Source: Octopus vulgaris (taxonomy: Eukaryota). From it: a stretch of DNA of 64,000 nt. Both the position numbers and the translations under genes were made by a program. The stretch lies in assembly GCA_951406725.2 (NCBI GenBank), contig OX597827.1, positions 42,222,001 through 42,286,000 of the forward strand. Reading direction: 5' to 3'. Positions 32,584 to 46,574 of the stretch are shown here, one piece after another (the first letter of the stretch is position 1; each line of letters opens with the position of its first letter). The notes beneath the pieces were generated by a model that worked only from the letters and a program-made list of their open reading frames with translations, was not told the DNA's origin and searched no databases.

Positions 32584-33074
32584 TCTTCTTCTTCTTCTTC
32601 TTCTTCTTCTTCTTCTTCTTCTTCTTCTTCTTCTTCTTCTTCTTCTTCTTCTTCATCATCGTCGTCGTCTTCCTCCTCCTCCTCCTCCTCCTTCTCCTCC
32701 TCCTCATCTTCTTTTCTTCTTCTTCCCCTCCTCCTCGTCTTCTTTTCTTCTTCTTCCCCTTCTCCTCGTCTTCTTTTCTTCTTCTTCTCCTTCTTCTCCC
32801 TTCTTCTCCTTCTTCTCCTTCTCCTCCCTCCTACCTCTTCTTCTTTCTCCTCCTCTCCTTCTCCTCCCTCCTCCCTCCTCATCCTCATCCTCTTCTGCTT
32901 CTTCTTCTTCTTCTTCTTATTATTATTATTATTACTACTACTACTATAAGCGTGACGGGCTACCAGAATCGTCACCGCGCCGGATAAAATGCTTAGTGGC
33001 ATTTTATCTAATTTTACGTTCCGAGTTCAAATTCCGCTAGGGGTCGCATAAGTTTAGTGGGCTCTTGCAATCAC

Positions 33075-33660
33075 GTTAATTTCGCCACTCGCACCCACAC
33101 TTCTCCTGAAATAACTTCAATTTTGACCATGTCCAGTATACAATTTCCTTAGTCATTTCCGCCAAACAAACGGAGATTACTACGTCTTCCTCATCAAAGA
33201 AAGGTACTGGTTCGATCTTTACAAAGGCCTGGGATAATAGCAGGATCAGTACCTCGCTTGATAGCACCTGTTCGGCATAACCCCAAAACCAACAATCCCC
33301 CAAAACTGAACAAGTGCCGAAGGTTTGACCGCTTCCCATCGTGTAAGCATCTCGTAAAAATTCAGTTATTGGTGGTTTTAACACGGCTGTACCTGAAGAG
33401 TTTATCTAGAAGAGGCAAGGCACTTCTGTAGCACTGCCAGGCCAAGATTGTAAGGAGATTGTCCAAAGTCCCTGACCTAAATTTCCTCCAAAGTAAACAC
33501 ATCAGACTGTCCTTGTCGACGGTCAGAATCGCTCCAAAGCTGCTGTCGCTTAAATCTTTCACTTACCCATAGGATGTAGAATCCGAAATATGACTTTCTC
33601 CTATACCCGTTGTTCATCAAAGAGAGGTGATTTGTGATCACAAAACATCCCTTAGTATCA
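33075..33660 (-). pseudogene. Degenerate Tx1/L1-type ORF2 C-terminal (zf-RVT-like) fragment
   Basis: LW..F..GTLDNLLTILAWQCYRSALPLLDKLFRY followed by FWGYAEQVLS..MTKEIVYWTW, resembling the W...aLP....L..C..C..E..H..C...W pattern of L1/Tx1. Confidence 0.5.
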
Positions 33661-33664
33661 AAGG

Positions 33665-34137
33665 GGCTACGCATAGAGGGGACAAACATCGACTCAAGTG
33701 CGTAACTGGCACTTAATTTATCGACCCCGAAAGGGTTAAAGGCAAAGTCGACCTCGGCGGAATTTGAAGTCAGAAGGAAACGGCAGCCGAAATACCGCTA
33801 AGCATTTCGCCCGGTGTGCTAACTATTCTTATTTCTTTATTGCCCATAAGGGGTTAAACATAGAGGGGACAAACAAGGACAGACAAACGGATTAAGTCAA
33901 TTACATCGACTCCAGTGCGTAAATGGTACTTATTTAATCGACCCCGAAAGGATGAAAGGCAAAGTCAACCTCGGCGGAATTTGAACACAGAACGTAACGG
34001 CAGACGAAATACCACTAAGCGTTTCGCCCAGCGTGCTAACGTTTCTGCCAGCTCGCCGCCTTATAAAATACCTATTTCTTTACTAAACACAAGGGGCTAA
34101 ACACAGAGGGGACAAACAAGCTAGCTCGCCGCCTTAA
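33665..34137 (-). mobile_element. Cluster of SINE family B copies and fragments
   Basis: Full copy ~33828-34062 plus a deleted copy and head/tail fragments. Confidence 0.85.
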
Positions 34138-34556
34138 GCTCGACATCTTCCCAGTTGAAATGTAGACGAACTAGAATGTAAGCACTTTAACTGATTCACA
34201 ATTCAGCAACTAAAGCCACCATGTCGGTTGGATGTTCCCCTCTCTATATATTTCAAGATACAAAGTCGTTACTTATCTCCCGTTCTGTTTTCGTACTTCT
34301 TCTGAATGCGATCTGCTACCTAGATACTATGACTCTGACATCAACTATAACGTATCGGGGAGCTGCTTAAGAAAGCAGTTATTCATGCTGCCCGTAGGAA
34401 GGGTTGTTTTGTGTATTCCAATCGATATCTATGGGCTGCTCCGTCTTCGTGCACTGTCGATAGACTTCCACCGTACGAAGTTGAAATATCTTTTTAACTG
34501 TAATGAAACTCTGAAACTGTTTGTAACCAAACGCTTACATTGACGACAACAATACT

Positions 34557-34599
<43 letters not shown>

Positions 34600-34628
34600 C
34601 ACACAAACACACAAACACATATATATAT

Positions 34629-34793
34629 AAGCGTAGGAGTGGCTGTGTGGTAAGTAGCTTGCTTAACAACCACATGGTTCCGGATTCAGTCCCTGTGTGT
34701 GTGGCACCTTGGGCAAATGTGTTGTACTATAGCCTTGGGCCTACCAAAGCCTTGTGAGTGGATTTGGTAGACAGAAACTGAAAGAAGCCCGTC

Positions 34794-34833
<40 letters not shown>

Positions 34834-35047
34834 GTTTGTGTGTCTGTGTTTGTCCCCCCAACAGCGCTTGACAACCGATGCTGGTGTGTTTACGTTCCTG
34901 TAACTTAGCGGTTCGGCAAAACAGAGACCGATAGAATAAGTACTAAGCTTACAAAGAATAAGTCCTGGGGTCGATTTGCTCCACTAAAGGCGGTGCTCCA
35001 GCATGGCCACAGTCGAATAACTGAAACAAGTAAAAAAGTGTAAAAGA

Positions 35048-35048
<1 letters not shown>
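34629..35048 (+). mobile_element. SINE family A (full length)
   Basis: Complete head, internal (TA)n and tail. Confidence 0.9.
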
Positions 35049-35084
<36 letters not shown>

Positions 35085-35584
35085 TAATTAAATCTCAGAA
35101 TGAGATTGAAACAGTAATCGCTCGATAATGTAAAGTATAGAAGCCATCTTATCATGGCTAACCACATTGGGGAGGGGGTGTTACTGTAGCTTTATAGCCC
35201 CAAGAGATCTTCGTCTCAAGCTGGCTTTAGACACAATATCTGTGTCCTTGGAGTATTTGCAAAAGGAGGCCATCCCTTCCTCGCAAGCCTGAGTGATACG
35301 TTCGAACTAGTTTCGGAAAAACTTATATCTATTTGCAAATGAGCCTTCTCTTTCATCGCTACCTGGTGGTTACCGCCCGTTGACGAGGGACAACAATCCC
35401 GAAACTAGTTCGAGCGTATCACTCAGGCTTGCGAGGAAGGGATGGCCTCCCTTTGCAAATACTCCAAGGACACAGATATTGTGTCTAAAGCCAGCTTGAG
35501 ACGAAGATCTCTTGGGGCTATAAAGCTACAGTAACACCCCTCCCCAATGTGGTTAGCCATGATAAGATGGCTTCTATACTTTAC

Positions 35585-35589
<5 letters not shown>
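35085..35589. mobile_element. (TA)n-flanked fold-back element (arms 35125-35316 and 35399-35589), probable PLE inverted terminal repeat
   Basis: ~191 bp arms with 2 substitutions and 1 indel by eye; 82 bp spacer; hammerhead-like motif at the junction. Confidence 0.8.
35374..35416 (+). ncRNA. Minimal hammerhead ribozyme-like motif (C3U variant or decayed)
   Basis: CGCCCG-TTGACGA-GGGA(CAACAA)TCCC-GAAA-CTAG-TT-CGAGCG. Confidence 0.55.
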
Positions 35590-35643
<54 letters not shown>

Positions 35644-35803
35644 TTACATACATACACATATGTACACGCATACACATATGGGCACACATATACACACATA
35701 TATATACAGAGAAAAACAGAAAGTGATAAGCAGAGACAGAGGTGTATTTATATATATATAAAACATACATACATACACACACCTCATACACACACCTCAT
35801 ACA

Positions 35804-35916
<113 letters not shown>

Positions 35917-37535
35917 CATTGATTTCTGACATGGACATACGTCTACAAAATTATAGCTGAGGTGTATAGTCGATTATAAAGAGCTTTGTAGATGTTCGAT
36001 AGCGATTTTATTGAACCTTAATTAATAAAAGTCAATTTGTAATTCAGATCATAATGAGGGTGTAAAACTAACTCTCAGCTTAAAGTCATTCAGCGTGGCG
36101 TTCTATCGATTATCTCTCTGCATTATCGATTACATGCATTGCCGCATTGATAGGAATTTCTAGAAGTCAAGTGTTGCCGATAGAACTATGTCACCCGTAC
36201 ATTACTGGTATCTATGTTCCTTTAATAAGCGTTTGCCGGAGGGTGACACTTCTGTATCCTGACCGTTCGTTTTTAGTGATATTTGATTGTGGGTGTACTT
36301 AATGAAAATAGCTGTTCTCAGAGTAGATTTCATGAATGCAAGTAGTCTGGGGTCGGATTGTAGTTATGTCACGTGTTCATTGACGATCCCTACCCCAGGT
36401 CACAAAAATGTAGATGTAGTAGCCATCTTCGACATCAGTATTTCCGATCGGGTTGTGAACAACATTGTTGTTTCGAAAAAATCTTGGATTTTGAGGGACT
36501 CAACATTTATGCTAATGATGCTGGACACGAACCACAGCAAAAGCGATGGTTACAGAACAAGTGTCTAAATATGTCCCAACTGGAAAGGGTTGGTCGGTTT
36601 TTTTTTTTAGTTCAGAAGCACTCTGAGGAACACTCGGTACTTTAGTACGACTGGAAGACTGAAATGGCATTTTAAACGCATGCTGGGATTGTGTGGAGGT
36701 AAACCGACGAAACAGCATGCGTGCAAAAGGCTTAAGAACCTCAAACTGTTTCCATCTGTTTTGCCTGTACCGATTAGATTTCTGAAACACCAGTGAGGAC
36801 ATGAAGTAGCAGTTTTGGATCATACGAATTGTATACAGATAGGTTAATTGTTAGGTAAGCAATCAGAGAGAGATAGTAGGGTATCTGCTGTTTTACAATG
36901 GTTGATTACACGTATATCAAACAGTCAACCAAGTTAGAGTGCAGAGGCCAAGAGTCGGTTACTAGAAACAAAACATTCCATCTCCGGCACGAAAAGCCTA
37001 CAATGAACCTGTGAAATAGTTAGGCGGTGATTGATCGGAGCGGTCGTCAGCAAGACTTATAGAGTCTCTAGAATTAAGCAAAGAAATATTTATAGAGAAA
37101 GAATACATGAAAATGGAAGCTCATGACGAAATTTGAAGAGGTCGTAATAGGAGACAAGACTGATATTTTTGTGGCAAAAATGACTCACGATCGGTTCTTT
37201 TAAAATACAACGTAGGTGTCATGTGTCAGAGCTGAAACTTCAAGTGTTTCAAGGAACAAAGACACGAAAGCCATTCGATAGACCGACAGAAGTTCGCAGT
37301 TACAACTAAGCCAGGATTCAGTGTTTGACGAATTAAGGCGGGTGTTTGCTATTGGATTACAAGGAGATTGCGTGAAGTTTTCCGAAGGCACGTTGGTCAA
37401 CTGTTCAGGAAAATGGATAGACTGGAGATTGACTCTGTTACATTCAACACAGAATAGCTACAGCATGACAGAAAAGCACTATTAATGTACCAGTAATTTA
37501 ACAACGGGCTAGTTGCCAAGAATGTGCTATATATA

Positions 37536-37759
37536 AGGCGGCGAGCTGGTAGAAACGTTAGCACGCCGGGCGAAATGTTTTGCGGTATTTCGCTACGTTC
37601 TGAGTTCAAATTCCGCCGAGGTCAACTTTGCCTTTCATCCTTTCGGGATCGATAAATTAAGTACCAGTTACGCACTGGGGTCGATGTCATCGACTTAATA
37701 CCTATGTCTGTCCTTGTTTGTCTCCTCTATGTTTAGCCCCTTGTGGGCAATAAAGAAAT
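37536..37759 (+). mobile_element. SINE family B with a degenerate 18 bp TSD
   Basis: AAGAATGTGCTATATATA (37518) versus AAGAAAGTACTACATATA (37760). Confidence 0.85.
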
Positions 37760-38037
37760 AAGAAAGTACTACATATACAAATCAGTCGATTGGATTTACC
37801 TAGTCCCTAGGTAACGGTTGATTTATAAATAGAGTTTCTGTGGACATTTAAAGAGAGCGTCCAATCACTGATGAAATACAAACACAAGATCGAAAGTTGC
37901 TCAGTTAATAATATTATTTCTCTGTCCACCGTGTTTTATATGAAGATAAGGTGTTTACATTTGTCTGTACATACAGTGTTCTCCAAACAGATTCTACAGA
38001 ACATTCTGTTATGTTAATGGAAATATTCTATAAAATA

Positions 38038-38378
38038 CTAGCACTATGACCCGGCAAAGCCGGGTCATAGTGCTAGTGCATGCATATACAGCTGCGTGCG
38101 TGCGCACATGCACGCGAGTACTGTCCAAATCTCCGACCAATCACATACTGCTAGCTGGCATTCAATTGGCGTATCAAGTTTCGGGAATTTTGACTGGGTT
38201 TTGGATAGAAAATTCACAAAAAGTAACTTCTATTGATTTTTTTAATGGCTTTGCGGGGAGACTGGGGAAATGTAAAGATGTGCACGACCACCCTTGGACG
38301 GTTTTGAATGACCATAGAAAGTGCGAGCCCTCTAACTGGAAAATTGTGGATTTGTATAAAGGACACGCACGCACACAC

Positions 38379-38448
<70 letters not shown>

Positions 38449-38471
38449 TTTGCCGTTTATATATAGAGAGA
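38038..38471 (-). mobile_element. Non-autonomous Helitron
   Basis: Minus strand starts A|TCTCTCTATATATAAA, has an internal (TG)n and a GC hairpin GACCCGGC-TTT-GCCGGGTC, and ends CTAG|T; no TSD. Confidence 0.8.
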
Positions 38472-38805
38472 TATTAGCAGATAGGTAGACGTACATATGA
38501 ACATATAAGATGGTAGTCTCTCGTAATCCGAGAAAGACGGCTCTGCTATATCTTGTTGAACAAGCTGCACAAATGATCTATGATCAAATGTTTGTGTTGT
38601 ACATTATTAGATTACTCTCTGCCTTCATCAAATTAACGTTTCCTGAACAGGTGCCAACACGTAAAGGTGTCAAAGTGATCGCACAGCAACGTTAGATGAA
38701 GTGCTTTCCTCGGGAACACAAAGCACCACCCGATTCATGAATTGAAACCACAATCGAGAGAGCAGCCTTTTAACCACTTTGGTCACATACCCTCAATACA
38801 CACAC

Positions 38806-38837
<32 letters not shown>

Positions 38838-39039
38838 GTATATACACATGCACGCACACTCATAAACGCACACACATACGTATATCGTCAGGGTTACGTA
38901 TAATATCGGATGTGTCTTTAGATATCTCCTACAAACTTAACACACGCATGTGCGCACACACATACGCACACAGATATATATGAATGTAAGATCCAAGTTT
39001 CGAGGTGTAGGAAGAAGGTGAGCTTCAAGCAATACATAG

Positions 39040-39129
<90 letters not shown>

Positions 39130-39149
39130 TAAATATATATATATATAAA

Positions 39150-39720
39150 CTTTCAGGAACAATAGTGGTTTTCTGTGCAGAAGGTTGTGGACTTTCTCCG
39201 TATCGAAGTACGAGAAGCTGAAAAAAATTATTTTATATTTCATGCTCGGCAGCAAGGGTTGCTAGGTATGCGAATAAAGGGAAGTATAGGGAATATATGG
39301 GCGATAAAAGATTTAGTGGTTGTAAGTGTAAGTAAGGGGGGAAGTTAGAGAATGACGCAGGCGGGGGAGGGGGTATTTGTATTTTGAGAATAGGTTGCGT
39401 AATCTGTGTCTGCATGTAAAAATTATGCTATCACGTTCCTTAAAACAATCAGTGGATTGCCTAATAGACAAGACTTCGGCTATGCAAAGATCGCACTTGT
39501 TATTATAGCCGGTGTTGGTTTCGCATGGGAGACTATGGACCACTTAACAGTATAAGAAATTGGCTCGTTCTTGAGTTTATGGAAGAGTTGAGATAAAGAA
39601 GTACTGCTGGATTTTGTTTGGGACATGAAGCTGGAGTCGTGGTTGCCCACTTTAGCTTTGAAGGTGGTGCTGCACGAGCCGATATATACGTAACAAAAGT
39701 GTGTTACTGTCTGGAAGATC
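39150..39720 (-). pseudogene. Penelope-like GIY-YIG endonuclease 3' fragment with 3' flank, between (TA)n tracts
   Basis: YVYIGSCSTTFKAKVGNHDSSF..STSLSQLFHKLK..YTVKWSIV, then frameshift to NKCDLCIAE..IIFTCRHR. Confidence 0.8.
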
Positions 39721-39761
39721 TCTATTAGAATATTTGTATATATATATATATATATATATAT

Positions 39762-39991
39762 GGATCGTTAGCTCCTACACGCATTTTTTCTCTCCTTGTT
39801 TCTCTCCTTGTTTCTTTTCTGTGTATCTTTCTGTCGAAGAGCGTAGGCTCGAAACGTAAAAGACTTGTTTTATTTTTATTCCTGAGCGCCATACTAATAT
39901 AATTGTTTGTTTGTACTCCACCTGCCTTCGTCTTTTGTTCATTTTCGTAAACCTGTCTTCGTCTTTTGTTTATTTTCGTAAACCTTCCCGT
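39762..39991 (+). mobile_element. ~230 bp non-coding hammerhead-bearing element in (TA)n
   Basis: (TA)n on both sides; homologous to 56488-56670; ends in a ~30 bp tandem duplication. Confidence 0.75.
39826..39863 (+). ncRNA. Minimal hammerhead ribozyme-like motif, A6U core variant
   Basis: TCTTT-CTGTCGA-A-GAGC(GTAG)GCTC-GAAA-CG-TA-AAAGA. Confidence 0.6.
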
Positions 39992-40040
39992 TATATATAT
40001 ATATATATATATATATAGTTACAGTTTAATCAAGATACCT

Positions 40041-40128
40041 CCGACCTGAAGATTAGCCTATGGTATATATCTTGCTCGGATATTTACCACTTCTAAATTT
40101 CCGCTCGCTATGAAACATACGTAGCCCA
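40041..40128 (+). ncRNA. Possible degenerate hammerhead motif with long loop II
   Basis: GAC-CTGAAGA-T-TAGC..GCTA-T-GAAAC-ATAC-GTA-GCC; stem I is imperfect. Confidence 0.35.
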
Positions 40129-40184
40129 GATTTTATTTACTCCATTGCTTAAGTCTTGTATGTGTGTGTGCATGTGCGTGCGTG

Positions 40185-40263
<79 letters not shown>

Positions 40264-40267
40264 CTCA

Positions 40268-40330
<63 letters not shown>

Positions 40331-40885
40331 CAAACAGATTGACAAAGGGAGGTAGAGGGATGCAGGGAGAATTAGAGAGAAGGAGAAATATAAAGAGAGA
40401 AAATTGGCCCATCGCTTGGCTAGATGTGGGTCTGTGTAGCGCCTGTAACACCACTCGAACACTGGAGACTGGTGACAGAAAAATAAAGAGTCGTTCGAGT
40501 CAGATTTCTTGAGCCCGGAGGATGGCTTCAACAGCGAAAATGGTCACCGTAAAATGCACTGCGAGACCAGATGGTGATGTAAGACCGGTTGACGAAAAGC
40601 AATTAATTACGTAAACATGTAGTAAAGCATGTAAGAGTCACGCACACGCAACAACGGAATGAAATATGGTAAGCAAGGCTTTCTAATAGCATTAAAGGTG
40701 CTTCCGACTGACAACGAGCTTTTTGTGAAAAAGTGGAACGAGAAAATTACCTGGAAAAAAATAGAAAGAAAATATAGAAAGAAAAAGAAACGGTGCTGCA
40801 GTTTTGTTTGATAGTTTTTTTTTCTTTTCTAGGCGTATCAGATTATGTAATAAAAATATCTATATATATATACATATACATATAC

Positions 40886-40938
<53 letters not shown>

Positions 40939-40958
40939 CGTGTATGTGTGTGTATATG

Positions 40959-41031
<73 letters not shown>

Positions 41032-41278
41032 GTGTGTCTGTATGTATGTGTATATGTATTATAAACGTATATATAAATATATGTATAAAGGTATATATAT
41101 TTTTATACACACACACACACATATATATATATACATACCAACATACCTATATATACATGAATATACACACAGATGCATACACATAGATATATATAGAAAG
41201 AGAGAGAGAGAGAGAGAAGAACAGATAGGCAGGTAGTGAATGTGAGTGAGAAGCGACAGTAGAGGATAAGCAGATTAG

Positions 41279-41314
<36 letters not shown>

Positions 41315-41519
41315 AGAGAGAAGAGAGAAAGAGAAAGAGAAAGAGACAGAGGGGAAAGAAGAGAGGGAAGGGAGACAGAGAGAGAGAGAGAGACGGAGAA
41401 TGAGAGGAAGAGGAAGAGAGAGAAATCAACTGAGTGATGGGTGATGGTGGTATTGATGTTGGTGATGTTAGCGTTGGTAGTAACGCCTGTTGAATTGATG
41501 ATAATGATGGTTGCGTTGC

Positions 41520-41603
<84 letters not shown>

Positions 41604-42053
41604 AGCGTTGGTGGCAAGGGTGGAGGTAGATGCGGCTGTGGTAATGGTGATGCTGCTGATTGTAGCAATCAGACACATATAGACACACATACACACACAC
41701 ACACACACAGACATATTCATGTTGTAAGCATATAAATACACACATACACACACATATTATTTGATATATATGCATATATCTATATATCTATGCTGATATA
41801 CATACACACACACATGTATGTATGTATGTACGTATGTATGTATGTATGTATGTATGTATGTATGTATGTATGTATACATGTGTACAAGCACTGACCTACA
41901 TATAAATACATACATACACACACACATATATATTACATATTTGCTTATTTTGATTTTAATCCCCTTACTTCGAAACTGTATGCATAATACCGTACTAAAT
42001 TCTGGTGCCTCAACTTAAGTACTACATTCATCTGAATCTATATATATATGTAT

Positions 42054-42086
<33 letters not shown>

Positions 42087-42311
42087 AACATATATTTGTG
42101 TGTGTGTGTGTGTATGTATATAAACATATATATGTGTGTGTGTGTATGTATATATATATATATGTGTGTGTGTGTGTTTATAAAAGACATGACATATTAA
42201 AAAAATCTGTAAATGTAAAACCATCCAGATTTCTGAGTACCTTATTTATTTTAATATATAATACCTGCACATCATCTCCAAACCTTTTAATATACATATG
42301 TATATGTATAT

Positions 42312-42363
<52 letters not shown>

Positions 42364-43300
42364 GGTGACAAAGGCAGAGGGCGCGAGGAGGGTAAATGAA
42401 AGAAGTTTGTTTCTTCGAGACGATATGAACTAGTTCACCAGTACAGGGTTAACAAACTTATACCATTGATGGCGGTATGGATAGTGTGGAGGTGGTTGTG
42501 GAAGGTTGCTGGAAGTGTTGATGGTCGTAGTGATACGACGCTATTCTGAGCATCTATTAAATGAACTATCATATACATAGCATATATTGCACGCACGCAC
42601 ACTCATACACACACACATATGTATACGCACACATTAATTTTTGTTTAAATCATTAAAATTTACTAGGCCATAAATGCCTTCTATTCTTTTCGTTTACGTC
42701 TAAGCCCCTTGTCTACAGAAGATAACGTTGGACTGTTGTCGTAGCGATGACGCCTACTGAGACAGAAACAGGTGTCCATAATTGTCCTCTTATCTCCAGA
42801 CGACAATAAGCTTGTTCTTTTCACTCTTAACTAGGGCTCCTGAGAAGTGCTACTACTCCTGGTTAGAGTACATCTGGAAACAGTAGTGGCTGAAAGGTGG
42901 CTCCACACATCTCAATACTCTGGAACCCCACCAATCCAGGATTCCACCACCGGATGCAGTTTGGGGCTATACCTAGGATTTGAGCGGTATTAAATCAGCC
43001 AATTGAAATGTTTGGGAAACAGGAATAAATAGTAATGAAGAGTAGAGCTTTAATGAATTTCAAGCTCTCATGAAAGTAATGGACTTACTTACTAAGCCAA
43101 GAAAGAAAGAGAGAGATAGAGAGAGATGGGGATGGAGGGAGGGAGGGAGATAGGGAGGTAGAGAGGGGTTGACGTGGAACATGAAGAGAGGTACAGCGAA
43201 AAAGAGAAGGTTGAAGAGATTGACAAGAAGAAAATGTGAGTGAAATGTTACATTAGATTATAAGGAGTTTAGAGATAGACAGACAGGCCGAGAGACAAAC

Positions 43301-43386
<86 letters not shown>

Positions 43387-44712
43387 AGAGAAAGAGAGAT
43401 AGAGTGAGGAAATCAAAGAGAGAGACTTGTTAAATACACGTATAATGTAGGGTCGCAGGTATGGAGAAAATATTGATTTTTCAGAGAGTACCTTTGCAAT
43501 TAAATGACAAAGCCTCCCTCATGCGGTGGTGATAAGATTTAAATGCTGAGAACAATTATTTTAACACCGGTGTAAATAAATTGATTTTAATTTTAGAAAA
43601 TAAAGACAATGGCGTCCAAGAGAGGACCGTTCCTTAAAACCTGCTGATACCTTTATATAAGTGGTAAGAAACTCTGAAGAGAGCTGAACAGTAGAGGGTC
43701 TTCAAAGAAGGAATCCCACCAGACGAATGTTTCTCTTTTAACTTCTTACACTATAAGGGGGCCAGGCTGCATCCAGATCATGACTTCTTGGTGCCCTTCT
43801 GCTAACATTCTTCCTAGCCTCTCGGATATTGGAGAGTTGTGCGTTTAAACCGCCAAGTGATATCGTTTAGTTGTAATACTTCTCTGTTGATTCAGCTTTC
43901 AAACTCATACTTAAAGAATGTTGGTTGTCATGGTAACATTGAAGTACCAACGATATCACAGTGACTCAGTCAGAGTTACTTCCCTTGGAGTTAGAATACA
44001 AAAACTGCCTTCCAAAGGTAAAGAAGTCGATTTTGTTCCGCCTCGACCAGATCCATCGGGAACATTCCTCCGCTGCCAGTGTGTGTTTATGTACGCGCGC
44101 ACGTGTACTGTCTATTCTTGCACAAGTAGGAAACCATCAATTGATATTATCTTTGCAATTAGCAGAGAAAACCTCCTTGTTGGTGTTTCTAAAACCCAAA
44201 AAAGCCAGAAGCAATAGTCTTCACCCGGAAGCCAGTACAACATAGTAGAATGTTCCTTGCTTTCGGTAATTGTCTTCAGCGTAAAAGTATTCTTGAGTGG
44301 ATATAAACATCTCGGGTTTCCCGCGCTTGATCTAATGGAGCATCCAACATTAAGAGCTGGAGAAAGAGAGAGCTGCACTAGCACTGGGCTAGCGCTAATT
44401 TTCAATTCAGTAGACTTGAAACAAACGTGAAACAAGAAGACCTTACTTGTGACAAAACTCGCTGTCCGGTCTAGGAATCGAATCCATGACACTATGATAA
44501 TGAGCGCAAAACTTTCACCGGAAGTGCAACCAATCTTCAGACAATTGCTATAACGCTCGTTAGATATTAGGCGATTTTAATTTTAAATGTTGGTAAAATG
44601 AAGATAATAGCAATGAAAAGCGGAGCTTATCTCTCAAGCCACTTGATGAAAGTGAAAGCAATGGAGATGTTTCGTACATCAACGTATGGAAGTCGCATTC
44701 ATTGGGCAATAC

Positions 44713-44763
<51 letters not shown>

Positions 44764-45616
44764 AGCTTAGAGAAGAAGAGACGAAACCAAACCAAACGAA
44801 TCGAATCGAATCGACGCGAAGGCGCTCAGTCATACAATAGTGTAATAAATAAAATATATGCATACATACAAACATATATGTACGTACCTACATGTATATA
44901 TACATGCATATATAAATATATATGCGTGTGTACAGGACACCACAAATAGACGCAGAACTCAACGAGAAACGAAAACGTAAAAACAGCATGGAACACGACC
45001 ATTTTTTTAACAACGAAAAACAGAGTACAAGACAACTACACAAGGAAAAATCCCCTTCATCAGCTGTCCCTAGTTCAACTCCAGCGTGTTTCGAAGGATG
45101 GACAGAACACGTCTCGCTGAACTAGTCCTTCCTGCGAAAAAATTAAAATAAGATTCCTTTGCAGAGGGGTAAATGTGCGTGTGTGTGTGTGTGTGTGTGC
45201 GTTTGTGTACTTTTGTGTGCATGTGTGGAAGGCTGTGTGAGTGTGTATTTTTGTATGTGCGCGTGTATGAGCGACATAGCTTCATTTCCCTTAAATTGTA
45301 TACATTTGAAAATCATACAATATGAAACCGGTAAAGTGTAACATTATTAATATCAATAAGTCTTATATACTCTCTGTACTATTTCAACTTCTTTGTTTCC
45401 TTTATACTACAACTTGTATGGTTATATGTGTGCGTGTGTCTGTATGTATCTAGGTACATACGTACGTACATATATGTGTATGTATCTATGTATGTGTGCA
45501 TGCATATCGCTGTACCTTATTACATCTTTTGCAAGTAGCGCATGTAAAGAAACAATATGTGTGTGCGCGTGCGTCAGTGCGTGTGTCTGTGTGTATGTAT
45601 GTGTGCGTGTAATACT

Positions 45617-45925
45617 GTTTGTTGTTTGTTCCTTCTCGAGTCACGCCTGGCTCATTAGGGTCGGTTTCCCGGTTTCCTTGGCGTATAAGTTCCCCACCTG
45701 GACGGGACGCCGGTCCATCGCAGGCGAGCTGCAAGATGCAGGAGGAAAGAGTGAGAGAAAGTTGTGGCGAAAGAGTCAGCAGAAGTTCGCCATTACCTTC
45801 TGCCGGAGCCGCGCGGAGCTTAGATGTTTCGCTCATAAACACACATACAGCCTGGTCTGAGAGTCGAACCCGCGATTCCTCGACCGCGAGTCCGCGGCTC
45901 TAACCACTAGGCCATGCGCCTCCAC
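45617..45925 (-). mobile_element. SINE family C
   Basis: Full head and tail; degenerate TSD TGTAATA..GT on both sides. Confidence 0.88.
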
Positions 45926-46407
45926 TGTAATATAGTATGCTGAAAACTTTAGGACAGCTGTTACTGCCCATGTTATTAGCAAGCAAACCTCCCTCTTGAA
46001 GCGTTTAAATTAAACATTTTGTCATTTAATTTCAAGTCGCCTCCGATCCAGCAGACCCGGCTCTGATCAAAGACATTCTTCCCATGACTTCCCCATTTTT
46101 ATAGCAACAGTATATCCTAGACTACATTATAAACTAAGAAGTCTTTTAAGTATTGTAGGGTGTGCATTGAAGGATATTTGGCTGTTATTTCTAGCGACCA
46201 CTTTGAGAATTCAACGACTTTGAATAAGCTGTAACGATGAAGCTTCTTCAATTGATCATCATAGTTACTGGTGTCAAATTTTTACACAAGGCCAGCAATT
46301 TCGGTGTGTGCGTGCGTGTGTGTGTTTGTGTGCGTGCGTGTGTGTGTGTGTGTGTGTGTGTGCATGTGTGTGTGTGCGTGTGTGTGTGTGTGGTGAAGCG
46401 GGGGCAG

Positions 46408-46570
46408 GGCGTAAATCGATTACATCGATCTCGGTGTTCAACTGGTTGTTATTTTAATCGGCCCCGAAAGGATGAAAAAGCAAAGTCGACTCCGGCAGAA
46501 TTCGAACCCAGAACTTAAAAATCGGACGAAATGTTACTAAGCATTATGTCCGGCGCGGTAACGATTCTGA
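46408..46570 (-). mobile_element. Old SINE family B copy
   Basis: CCCCGAAAGGATGAAA..CAAAGTCGAC..TTCGAACCCAGAAC. Confidence 0.7.
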
Positions 46571-46574
46571 TGTT

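Noticed and set aside
36080-37500. Complex non-repetitive stretch with a VPSVPQSA hint of the LINE GVPQGS motif
   Set aside because: No other RT motifs recovered in order; cannot be assigned
40400-40850. Possible exon(s): ATG|GTAAGC near 40666 and a pyrimidine-rich acceptor near 40832
   Set aside because: The joined frame stops after 6 codons; no independent support
45045-45100. Possible type II hammerhead on the minus strand (CCTTC-GAAA..CTGATGA-AGGGG)
   Set aside because: No NUH triplet or convincing stems I and III; at best a decayed PLE end
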